Source: a virus
Taxonomy: Duplodnaviria; Caudoviricetes
Virus record (IMG/VR): IMGVR_UViG_2974528942_000001
Span: 11,381 to 75,380 of that record
DNA: 64,000 nt
Strand: one strand, 5' to 3'
The notes beneath the pieces are model-generated. The model saw nothing but the letters and a program-made list of their open reading frames with translations. It searched no databases and had not been told where the DNA came from. Below, piece after piece: positions 9,466-20,500 of the stretch (positions are counted from its first letter, which is position 1; each line of letters starts with the position of its first letter). Both the position numbers and the translations under genes were made by a program.

Positions 9466-10485
9466 ATGGGCTTCAACGCACAGCAAGGCGCCATCGCCTT
9501 CAAGACCCAGAGCGCCAAGGGCACTCCGGCGACGAACATCGGTACCGAAGGTATCGCCATGTATCGCACCGGCGGTTCGCTGAGTCCCAACGTCGAGCTC
9601 ATGACTCCCGACGCGGAGATCGGTGGACACCGGGACACGGTCGATGCCCTGCTCGGCCCCATCTCCAACGGCGGTGACTTGGAGTTCTACACCCGCTTCG
9701 AGTCGATCGGGTTCCTCCTCAAGGCCGCCCTCGGTGCGCCCGTCAGCGCTGCCGGGACCGTGAGCGGAACTCATGAGCACACCTTCACCCCCTCGGACGC
9801 GCAGCTCCTGCCGTTCTTCACCACGTGGGAGCGCATCGGCGCAGGCCTGCAGCGGGTGCAGTACACCGACTGCGTGGTCAACACCCTCTCGCTCGAGTGC
9901 GACCCGGACGGTTACCTCACCGGCTCGGTCGGCATCATCGGCTGCCGTGCGCTGTACGGAGTCCCGGACATCAACGTCCAGCCGATCCTCGACGAGACAA
10001 AGTTCACCGTCGGCTCCAACATCAAGGTCATGCACGCGGGTGCGGACCTGAAGTCCAAGGGCTTCAGCCTGGAGATCAACAACAACTTCGATGACAGCGA
10101 CTTCCGCATGGGGTCGCGGTACATCGAGGACCTGACCCCGGGTCAGCGCGAGGTCACCGGCTCGGTGAACCTGCGGCACGAGAGCGATGCGATCATGCGC
10201 TCGGCAGTCCTCGGCTCCGCGGTCGCCACCACCGCCGGCGGGCTCACCTCCAAGGAGCCGGTCATCATCGAGATCGAGAGCTACGGAGAGATCGACGGCG
10301 CGGCGACGCCGACGACCAACCGACTCGAGATCGAGTTCCCGAACGTCATCTTCGAACCCTTCGGTTTCGAGCCCTCGGGCGCGGATCAGATCGAGGGTGA
10401 CGTCTCGTGGCGAGCGGTTCGTCCCGACTACAGCACGCCGGTTCTCACAGCGACGTTGCTCAACGGGCTGACCGCTCTCCCTTGA
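9466..10485 (+). CDS. Major tail (tube) protein
   Basis: 339 aa, strong codon bias, HEHTFTP and REVTGSVNL tube-type motifs, followed by a terminator and the chaperone gene. Confidence 0.85.
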   Translation: MGFNAQQGAIAFKTQSAKGTPATNIGTEGIAMYRTGGSLSPNVELMTPDAEIGGHRDTVDALLGPISNGGDLEFYTRFESIGFLLKAALGAPVSAAGTVSGTHEHTFTPSDAQLLPFFTTWERIGAGLQRVQYTDCVVNTLSLECDPDGYLTGSVGIIGCRALYGVPDINVQPILDETKFTVGSNIKVMHAGADLKSKGFSLEINNNFDDSDFRMGSRYIEDLTPGQREVTGSVNLRHESDAIMRSAVLGSAVATTAGGLTSKEPVIIEIESYGEIDGAATPTTNRLEIEFPNVIFEPFGFEPSGADQIEGDVSWRAVRPDYSTPVLTATLLNGLTALP

Positions 10486-10510
10486 TCTTTTCCGGTGCCT
10501 CCGGGAAAGT

Positions 10511-10553
10511 CCGGTCCCGAGTTCCTTGCCAGTGGGGACTCGGGACCGGTTTA
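10511..10553 (+). terminator. Intrinsic terminator after the major tail gene
   Basis: CCGGTCCCGAGTTCC / GGGACTCGGGACCGG stem followed by TTTA. Confidence 0.7.
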
Positions 10554-10588
10554 TAAATGTCAGTAGATAGCCACAGGAAGGGCTCACA

Positions 10589-11188
10589 ATGACAGTTCCA
10601 GTTCCGACTTCGCAGGCCGATCGCACCGCGTTCGATCCCGAAGACGACAAGACACAGCGGACCATCGACCGCATGGCCGAGGCCGGCGAGGTCATCGAAG
10701 AGAAGCGCTTCGTCGACTACTTCGCCGAGCCGGAGACCCACCTCCACAAACTGCCGGACGGCGTCCAGTGGTTCGAGTTCCAGGAACTCCGCGAGGGCGG
10801 CAAGGCCAAGTACGAGAAGATCATCAACCGCGAGGGCATCAAGGTCCAGCGCGCCACGGGCGACGCTCGACTTCCGATCGACCCGGCCATCGCACGGCAC
10901 ACGCTGATTCAGCTCGCCGTCACGAACGCCTACATCATCACCACCCAGAACGGTCGACCCGAGCCGCTGCAGTTCCGCATGGGGCCGAACGAGAAGAACA
11001 CCCGCTTCTGGGAGACCGTCCTCGAGAAGTTCCCGTCGAACCTCATCGACGAACTCCACAAGGAGGTCCAGAAGGTCAACCGCTGGATCGCCGCGGACGA
11101 CGACATCGAGGGCCTCGAGAAGCAGCGCGATGAGCTCGAAGAGCGCATTCGCATGGCCCGGGAGGAAGAGGCAAAAAAGGACTCCTGA
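10589..11188 (+). CDS. Tail assembly chaperone (gpG-like)
   Basis: Lies between major tail and tape measure; ends at a slippery site. Confidence 0.85.
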   Translation: MTVPVPTSQADRTAFDPEDDKTQRTIDRMAEAGEVIEEKRFVDYFAEPETHLHKLPDGVQWFEFQELREGGKAKYEKIINREGIKVQRATGDARLPIDPAIARHTLIQLAVTNAYIITTQNGRPEPLQFRMGPNEKNTRFWETVLEKFPSNLIDELHKEVQKVNRWIAADDDIEGLEKQRDELEERIRMAREEEAKKDS

Positions 11189-11472
11189 TCGAGCAGGCGG
11201 AGGACTTCGTACGGGGTCGTCAGGTCCAGGACCCTCACCCTATTCTTCTGATCTACCAGAGACTGGAGACGTGGAACTGGAATCTTCCGTACGTTCAGGG
11301 TGGCCTCGCCGATCAGGACGTGATGCTCCTTCGTGGCATTGACATAATCGCTTCTGCGAAAGCAAGGTTCGAGCGCGAAGAACAGAAGCGACAAGAGGCA
11401 GCAACAAAGACGAAGAACCCTACCGCCTCTAAGGGTACCCGCCCCGCAGGGCGGCGTGGTCGTCGTCGATAA
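10589..11472 (+). CDS. Tail assembly chaperone, -1 frameshift product (gpGT-like)
   Basis: After the slip the -1 frame reads KKGLLIEQAEDFVRG...GRRGRRR to TAA at 11470-11472. Confidence 0.8.
11173..11179 (+). other. Programmed -1 ribosomal frameshift heptamer A_AAA_AAG
   Basis: gcA AAA AAG is in the X_XXY_YYZ phase, three codons before the stop. Confidence 0.85.
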
Positions 11473-11474
11473 CT

Positions 11475-11520
11475 CACAGCGAGGGTAGTGCTTGATTGCA
11501 CTGCCCTCGCTGTGTATTAT
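11475..11520 (+). promoter_or_regulatory. 17-bp inverted repeat overlapping a SigA-like promoter (TTGATT-17-TATTAT) upstream of the tape measure
   Basis: Arms 11475-11491 and 11498-11514 (one G-T pair); the loop is TTGATT and TATTAT follows the stem directly. Confidence 0.6.
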
Positions 11521-11584
11521 GCTCAGTCATCCCTACGGACACTTGAGGTCCACCTGCACAGTACCTTAAGGTCTGGAGTGTTTA

Positions 11585-14500
11585 GTGCTTACCACTGATA
11601 TGATCATCGCGATTCACGCGAGGACAGCTCAGGCGCAGCGGCAGCTGGCACAGATGCAGGGACAGCTCAAGGCACTCGAACGCGCTGGCATAGACTCAAC
11701 CAACTCGGTGGGTCGCTCCGTTAATGGTCTCGATCGAACCAGTGAGCGGGCGCGCGCGAACTCGAACAAGCCCTGGTTCTCGCAGATGCGAGCGAGTGGT
11801 TCTCAGATTCAATGGGTAGGCAGGCAGATGTCTGTCGGCCTAACTCTGCCGTTGATCGGCGCGATGGCGATGGGTACCAAGTTCGCTCTCGACTTCGAGA
11901 AGAACATGACCCGTGTGTCCAAGGTCTATGGTGACTCTGCGCTACAGGTCTCTCTCGGCAGTAAGGGCATGCAGGAGGAAGTCGACGCCCTGGGTCGCGC
12001 GTTCGTGGAGCTTGGAAACAAGTACGGGCAGAGCGCCGCCGATGTGGCGGAGATCGGCTCCTCCTGGGCGGCTGCCGGTAGCTCGGGTCGCGCACTTGCA
12101 AAGCAAACCGAGCTGACCATGCAGACCATGGTCCTCGGTGAGATGACGGCAGCTGAGGCAACGGAAGCGCTCATCTCGATCCAGGCTCAGTGGGGTGTGG
12201 TCACCGAGTCCAACCAGGACAAGATCGAGGCTGCAGGTGGTGCGGTTCGGAACCGCGCCAAGGATGAGATGAGTCTCACAAATATCCTGCGCCAGCTGAA
12301 CGCGGTCGAGAACGAGACCGGCGCGAAGATGCAGGACCTTGTCAAGGGTTACCAGCGTGCGTCGGGTACCGCCCGGTCGGCAGGTGTGGAAACCGGCGAG
12401 CTTGCTGCAATGATCGCGGCGTTGGTGCCCGCCGCCGGTGGTGCCGCCGAAGCAGGAACCGCCCTGCGTACCATGCTCAACCGCGTGATGACGCCGATGA
12501 ACGACGCCAAGGAAGTCTTGGCGAAGATGAACATCGACGTCACCAAGTCCGACTGGGTCACCAAGTCTGCGACCGAGCGACTCGAGGTCATGGCCAAGGC
12601 CTACCCGAAGTTGACTGGTGCGCAGCAGCAGTGGCTTGGCTTCGTGATCGCCGGTCGCTGGCACGTCAACCGCTTCATGATCCTCATGAACGCGATGGGC
12701 AACGCGAACAGCTACTATGGCAAGACACTCAAGACCCTGAGCGATCAGGCTCGTGTCACTCGCATCGCCGAAAAAGAGCTCGAAGCAGTTCTGACATCGA
12801 ACCCGCAGCGTATGAAGCAGGCGGGCGCGATCATCCAGAACTCGCTGATGAAGGCGATGATTCCGCTTGTCCCGATGATCACGCAGGTTGCCCTGTGGTT
12901 CGGCAAGCTGGCGAACGCCTTCGCGGAGATACCTCCGCACATCAGGACTACCATACTCGCGGTTGCCCTCTTCCTGGGTGTGCTCGGTCCACTGATCATC
13001 TTCCTCGGAATGATCAAGCTCTCGATCGGCATGCTTGCACCAGCGTTCATCGCCATGGCGAAGTTCGTCTTGCTGCCGCTCAAGCCCTTCATGATGATGT
13101 TCGCCCTCGTTGGCAAGGGTCTGACCGCGCTGCCTATCGCCGCAATCGGTGCAGCCAGGGGCATGCTGCTCGGCTTCATGTTCATGATCAAGAGCGTTGC
13201 CATGGTCGGCGCTGCCGTCGGCATGGTCGCTCCGATCGTGTCCACTGCACTGGGCATGGCGGCGACCGCTATCGTAGCCTGGGCTCCAACGGTCGCAGCA
13301 CTGCCTGCCATGATCGCGCTTGCGGTCGGCAAGATTGCACTCGTGATCGACGCACTCATGGCGCTCATGAGGTTCCGCGTCACAGCCGGAATGGCAGTGA
13401 TCACCACACTCTTTGCTGCAGGGCCGATCGCATGGCGGACGGCACTCGCAGTCTCGACCGGCGGCATCGCACTGGTCATGGACGCACTCATGGTGCTTCT
13501 CCGTGTGCGTTTGGTGGCCTGGTTCGCCGCAACCAAGGCCCTGTTCTTCGCTGGTCCGCTCGCCTGGGCTGCAGCAATGCGTACCGGCATGGCAGCTGTG
13601 TACGCCTTCATGGTCGCAGGGCTTGCCGCCAAGCTGACAGCTACTCGAGTGTGGGCCGTGGCGTCTGCACTGATCCACAAGATTCATTGGGCCACTGTAG
13701 TTGCGATCGCCAAGACTGGCATGATCGCACTGGTCACCAATGTGCGCAAGCTTGCGCCACTACTTCTCAAGGCACTGGCCAGTCCGTGGGTCTTGGCTAT
13801 CGGTGCCATCGTCCTGGTCCTGACACTCTTTAAGGATCAGGTGAAGGCCGCGATCACCAACGTGGTCGACTACTTCCGCAACCTTCCGGCTGGCATCAAG
13901 CAGGGTCTCGCCCCGATCGGTCGCATGTTCACTGCGATCAAGAACGGCATCCTCAAGGCATTCAACGCGCTGCCCGAGGGTATCAAGAACGCGATGCTCG
14001 CAGTCATCAATGTGGTCAAGGCCGCGGCGATGGCAGTGTACCGACTGTTCAGTTACCTGAACCCCTTCGCTCACCACTCCCCATCCCTGGTCGAGAACGT
14101 CACCAACGGTATGGCAGTGGTGAACGATCAGTTTGCCAACAGCGCTCGGGTTGCCGAGTCTAACATCAACCGTATCCACTCTGCAATTAAGTCCCTGCAG
14201 GGTGCGGGCGCGGGCATGGTGACCGCCAACGATCAGGCGAAGGATGCAGAGTTCCGCGGCAACGCGGCCAAGGCCGGTGGCGCCAGCGCTCTACCTCAGT
14301 ACGACACACTGAATCGACAGGTCGCCGAGAGCAAGCGTGCCCTCGAGTCCATGAACACTGCGATTGAAGCGCAGGAAGATAAGGTCGAGTCGGTTCAGAA
14401 GTCGATCAAGCGATACGATCAGACGATCAAGGAGATGAATAAGAGCCTGGAGACCACGAAGTCCATCCAGGCCAGCGTGGGTGACGCGCTGGATTCAGCG

Positions 14501-17500
14501 AAGGCTCGATTCGATCGGTACTCGAACGCGCAGGTCGCAGGCTACGGCGCAGCCGAGGATGCCATCTTCGCAAACGAGTTGGCACAGAAGCGACTGCAAC
14601 TCCAGATCAAGCGGATGGAATCTGCCGCCGGTGGAGTGGACAGCGTAACCGACTCGTACGCTAAGCTCCAGGGGCAGATCGAAATGCTCCAGGGCAAGCA
14701 GGCTGAGCTGCGCGCCGGTGGCGCGGGGTCTGACATTCTCGGCCCTTACGACGACATGATCGGTAAGCTCAAGTCGGAGCAGGGCGCGCTCGGTAGCGGC
14801 AACACCGGACCCGGTGCGGCCATCGCACAGCTCACCACACAGCTCGAAGCGCTGCAGCGCCAGGCTGAGATCATGGACCTGGAGAAGGCTCTCAAGTTCG
14901 ATTCGCTGAATCGGAGCATTGAGAAGTTCAAGTCGAACACCGAGGAACTCTCCTACGGCGAGATCATGAACGGGCTCGACTCGTCTCGCAACTCGGTCAA
15001 CGCACTTTCCCTCGCGTACGATAGCCTCGGCTATCAGCTCAAGGGCCAGGAATACCAGATCGCACAGGTCGAAGCCGCGCGCGCCGCGATGCAGGATCAG
15101 TACGACCTGGAGAACGACAAGCTCTCGATCATGAAGGAGAGCTACGACGCTGTCGAGGAGTCGATCCGGGCTGGCGAGCAGGCCATGCAGGACTTCTCCA
15201 GCGCCATCGACGAGACGATCCAGCGCCAGGAAGCGCTCGAGCGCGCACAGGAAGCTGCCAAGAAAAAGAAGAAGAAGGGCGCGGGTGCGGGTGCCGATGA
15301 CGAGTACACCGCAGCCATGGGCTTCGAGGATGCTGGTCAAGCGGACTTCGCCATCCCCGGCAGCTCGAACGCCATCATGCGCGAAGGCGGCATGGGTAAC
15401 CAGGCCGGCGAGATCGACGCATTCACGGACAATCTTCAGAAGTCCATCGAGGAGTCCCTCGGTGGAATGAACCCCTTCGCCCCGGTCATGGCGGCGTGGG
15501 ATCGGATTAAGCAGTGGTTCTCGCAGAACGTCAGCCCTGTCGGCAAGACCGTCGGGGCTATGTTCGCTGGCATTGGCAAGTCCATCCAGGCGGGGTTCAA
15601 TGGCGGCGAGCCTGCTGTCGATGCACTCACCCGTGCGTTCGCCGAAGGGCGAATGGGTGTCGAAGAATATCGAAAGAGGTTGGGTGAACTCGGGGCGGAC
15701 ACCTCTACCCAGGGGATTCTTGCACGCCTGAAGGAAGGCGTCCAGGAGAAGGACAACGTCTTCTACAAGATTGGCCAGTGGGTTCAGCAGGCTTGGGAGA
15801 AGATCGAAGGATTCGGAAAGCTTGCTGGTGACTTCCTCGGCAAGCTGTTCGGTCCCGATCTGAAGGCTACCCTGACCATCATCAAGGATGGACTCTACGA
15901 GATCTGGACCAAGGCGTCCGGTCCTCTGAATGAACTCAAGGATTCCCTCGGGCCGTTCCTCAAGATGGTCGGCGAGCTCGCCGTCATCGTGGGTGGCGCA
16001 CTCCTCATGGCGTTCGAGGTTGTCTGGGAGATGCTCAACGGAGCGCTCGGGCCTGCCTTCAGCTTCATCGCTGACCTCATCGGCGGCCTGATCCTGGTCA
16101 TCACTGGCATCGTCAAGGTGATCACCGGCGCATTCAACATCGTACTCGGTACGGTGAAGCTGATCTTCAGCATCTTCAAGGGCGTGTTCACGTTCATCAA
16201 GGGGCTGTTCTCCGGCGACATCGACATGTCCGGGTTCGAGGGTGTTGGTGCAGCACTCAAGCAGATCTTCGTTGACGGCATCGGCACGGCACTCGGTGGC
16301 CTGTGGACTATCGTCAAGGGTATCTGGGACTCGATCGTAAGCCTGTTCAAGAACGCAGCCAAGATCGTTTGGAATGTGGTCTACGGTTTCGTCAAGGGTA
16401 TCATCGACTTCTTCAAGACCCTGTGGGACGTGCTCGTCGGGCACTCGATCGTGCCTGACACGATCAACTCGATCATCGACTGGTTCAAGGAACTGCCCGG
16501 CAAGCTTCCCGGCATTGTGTGGGGAGTCATCACCAAGGTCATCGGGTTCTTCCTGAAGCTGCCGCTGATGATCGGCAAGGCGCTACTCACCCTCGGCGGG
16601 TTCCTGTTCAACGCCTTCATCACAGCGATGGCGTGGCTGTTGCCCAAGCTGCCCGGCATGATCTGGAACGTCATCAAGTTCTTTGCGACGTTGCCGTTCA
16701 AGATCATCGCCGCACTCGCTGGGTTCGGTATGAAGCTGCTGGGCTGGATCGGGCAGGCCATCGCCTGGTTGGTCCCACAGCTCCCCGGCATCATCTGGAA
16801 CCTGATCACATTCTTTGCAACCCTGCCGTTCAAGATCCTCGGCGCACTCGGTGGCCTCGGACTCAAGCTGCTCGGCTGGATTTGGGATGCGATCAGCTGG
16901 CTCGTACCTCAGTTGCCAGGAGCCATCTGGAATATCATCAAGTTCTTTGCTACCCTGCCATTCAAGATCATCGGAGCCCTCATCGGGTTCGGTGGGCAGC
17001 TGTTCGAGTGGGCGAAGAACGCATTCATCTGGCTAGCCCAGCGTCTGCCTGGGATCGTCCAGGGCGTGATCGACTTCGCCAAGGAGATTCCGGGTAACTT
17101 CATCCGAGGTCTCGGAGTCATCGGCAGGTTCCTGTGGGAGTGGATGAAGAAGGGCTGGGACTTCCTGGTCAACGAACTCCCCGGTATCGTTGCAGGGTTC
17201 CTCAAGTGGATCGCAGGCATCCCCGGCATGCTGCTCGGCAAGCTCGGCGACGGCGCCAAGGTGCTGTACAACTACGGCAAGGACATGATCCAGGGCCTGA
17301 TGAACGGCACCGCGGGTCTGCTCAAGAAGCTCGGCGACTGGTTCCTCGACAAGATCCCCGGCTGGATCAAGACCCCGTTCAAGAAGGCACTTGGCATCGC
17401 GTCGCCGTCGAAGGTGTTCGCTGGCTACGGCCAGAACATTGGCGAAGGTCTCATCCTCGGTATCGACAGCATGCAGCGTCAGGTCGAGCAGGCATCGGTC

Positions 17501-20500
17501 GGAATCGCAGCGGCGGCAGACAAGGGTGAGGTCGCAGGCATGGCGATCTCGGCGGTTGCTGACACTTCGTCGGTGGGTGGCTCGGTATCCGAACTAGGGT
17601 CCGCCGTTGCAGCAACCGGCCCGGTGGGGGTCGATGCGGCCATGGCCCCGACCGCCGACGTCGCCGCGTTGCAGGCTGATCTAGACGCTGCGAAAGCAGT
17701 CTTCGATGCATTCGCAGCCGAGATGGAATCCAAGACGGCAGTGTTCGCTGCGACCATCAGCGCCTCGTTCGGTGCGATGTCTTCGGGTGCCGCTGCATCA
17801 CTGAACAACATCTCGACCGTGGGTGTCAGCTCATTCACTGCACTGCAGACCAGCGTGGTCACGATCGTCACCACCATGGTGACCACTGTGAACGGCCAGC
17901 TGCAGATGTTGATCAGCTACGTCACCGCCTTTGGTACATCGTTCACCGCTGCATGGAACGCAGCGTGGACTGCTTGGATGAGCCAGACCACGACCTCGGT
18001 CGACCACACGGTGAACGAGTGGACCCGCATGGCGACGGGTATGCAGTCGACGCTGGACAACAGCATCCGACCCATGTTCGACGAGATGAAGCTCATGCTC
18101 ACCGAACTGGAGGAAGCCTACACCAGCACTGTCAACAACGTCGGCACCACCTGGGATGGCATCAAGGAAAAGACTGCAGCCCCCGCTCGATTCGTCATCA
18201 ACGACGTCTACAACACGGGCCTCCGTGGAGCGTGGAACAAGTTCAACGAGATGCTCGGCATCGAGGCGTTGCCTGAGTACACCGCCAAGTTCCGGGAGGG
18301 TGGTCCGGTCTGGGGTCCGGGCACCGGGACCAGCGATAGCATCAATGCGAAGCTCTCGCGCGGTGAGCACGTCATCACTGCGGCAGAGGTTCGGGCGGCG
18401 GGCGGTCACGCAGCCGTCGAGGCGCAGCGTCGGTACTGGCGCAGCGGCGGTGGCTACGATGGAGCTATCCAGGCCTTCCGTAACGGAGGCGCGGTCGAGG
18501 GCAAGGCTCGCAGCAACCTGCCACTGAAGAAGGCGAACTCGAACGCCTACATCACCACGCCTATGCAGCAGGCGATGTGGGATGCAGTCTCGACTGCGTT
18601 CCCGAACGTCGCACTCCACTCCGGTACTCGTACGTTCGAGACCGGCGCAGGCTTCGACAACCACATGCAGGGACGCGCGCTCGACCTGAGTCCGATCCCC
18701 GAGGTTGCCAAGTGGATTTACGAGATGAACAAGAAGCAGCCCGTCCTCGAGCTGATCTTCTGGCCGCTCTCGATGCACCCGACCAACCTGCACAGTGGTG
18801 CACCGCTCGACTACGGCGCCGCGACCAACGCTCAGCACATGGACCACGTCCACTGGGCGATGAACTCGATGGTTGATAACGAGGGCAAGGTCGTCTCCAT
18901 GGTCGGCCCTGGTGACGCGATCAACCCTGTCAACTACGTGAAGCTGATCGAAGACGCATTCAAGGAGTTCAAGAAGACTGCGCTCGAAGCTGATCCGAAG
19001 TTCAAGGGTGGCATTGGACAGTGGCCTTCGAAGTCTGTCGATCACGGCATGAAGGCTGTCGATTACCTCCGTCCGTTCGCGGAGAAGCTGCAGACCAACT
19101 ACAGCAGCGGCAACCAGGGTAACATTCCATACAACCTGACTGCCGGTGTCGAGCAGTGGCGCGACCTTGCAAAGAAGATGCTCATCATGCAGGGTGAGTC
19201 GGTCACGTACGTGGATCGACTCCTCATGCAGATGCAGTCGGAGTCGGGTGGTAACCCGAACGCGATCAACCTGTGGGACTCGAACGCGGCGAAGGGCACT
19301 CCGTCGAAGGGCCTCATGCAGGTCATCGACCCGACATTCCAGGCCAACCGAGATCCGCGTCTGCCGAACAACGTCTGGGATCCTGCAGCCAACATCGCTG
19401 CTTCGATTCGCTACACGCGAGGTCGGTACGGTTCGCTGTCGGCTTGGTCCGGAGTCGGCTACGACTCGGGCGGCATCCTGCCCCCCGGCTTCACGCTGGC
19501 CAACAACCAGACCGGTGGCCCCGAAGCCATCCTCACGGATGCGCAGTGGAGCGCGATGTACACTGCAGCTGCGAACTCGAATCAGCTGGAGCCTGAAGAT
19601 GTTCAGCACGCCATGGAGATGGCGAACAAGAACACGGGCAACACTGCCGACAAGCAGGCTGCGGCAATCATCAAGGGCATGGACGTGTGGCAGCGTGCGT
19701 GGACTCCCGAGGTCTTCGACGCAACCGACAAGGTCGCAGATGCGGCCGACAAGGTTGCAGCCTCGACCGAGACCCAGGCCGCGGGTACGGTTCTGCTGAG
19801 CAAGAGCATTGGCAAGTACAACGACGAGATCGCTGCACTGTCGAAGCTGCTCAACGCAGTGTCCACCGCCGCGATGGCCAGCACCAAGGTCACGATCACC
19901 TACGATCAGCAGGGCAACCAGCAGTCGGTCAACAATCCGAACCAGAAGGTTGACAAGAATGGCAAGCCGATCTTCACGGTGGATCAGCCGACATTCTCGA
20001 CTTGGGCTCCGGTGTTCGATGCACTCGCAGGTTTCCTCGAGACCATGCCGTATGCCGAGCGTGACTGGGCTGCCGACAACCCGGTGCCCGGCGAGTCGCA
20101 GACACAGCGCAAGCTGCGTGAAGCGCAGAACATGCTGGTCAACTTCGGCAAGGGTAGCTATAACGTACTCAAGGAAGTCGGCCCGCCGTTGCTGCGTCAC
20201 ACCGGCATCATCGGGTCTGCAGTGGAGAAGCTGATCCAGGAAGATGGCACGGCGTGGACCACCGCGATTGGAATGATCGCGACTGGTAACCAGGCGGGGT
20301 GGGCCATCATCGTACCGCTTGCCCTCAAGGCTGTTGGCACTTTGTTGCCGTTGATCTTAGCGGCGATCCTTGATATAGTCCCAGCGTTGATCCGAGCTAT
20401 CGTACGGTTCCTCACGCAGTTCATGCCAGACTCGGTGTACGCATACGCTGACATGGCAGCTGCCGAGGCTGCGGTTCAGAACCAGCAGGACACCGGCGAG

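Noticed and set aside
3843-20200. Long antisense ORFs (3843-5216, 5197-6345, 8998-10695, 11942-13687, 14495-16444, 17831-20200)
   Set aside because: They are shadows of GC3-biased structural genes on the other strand, with no RBS and no recognisable motifs.
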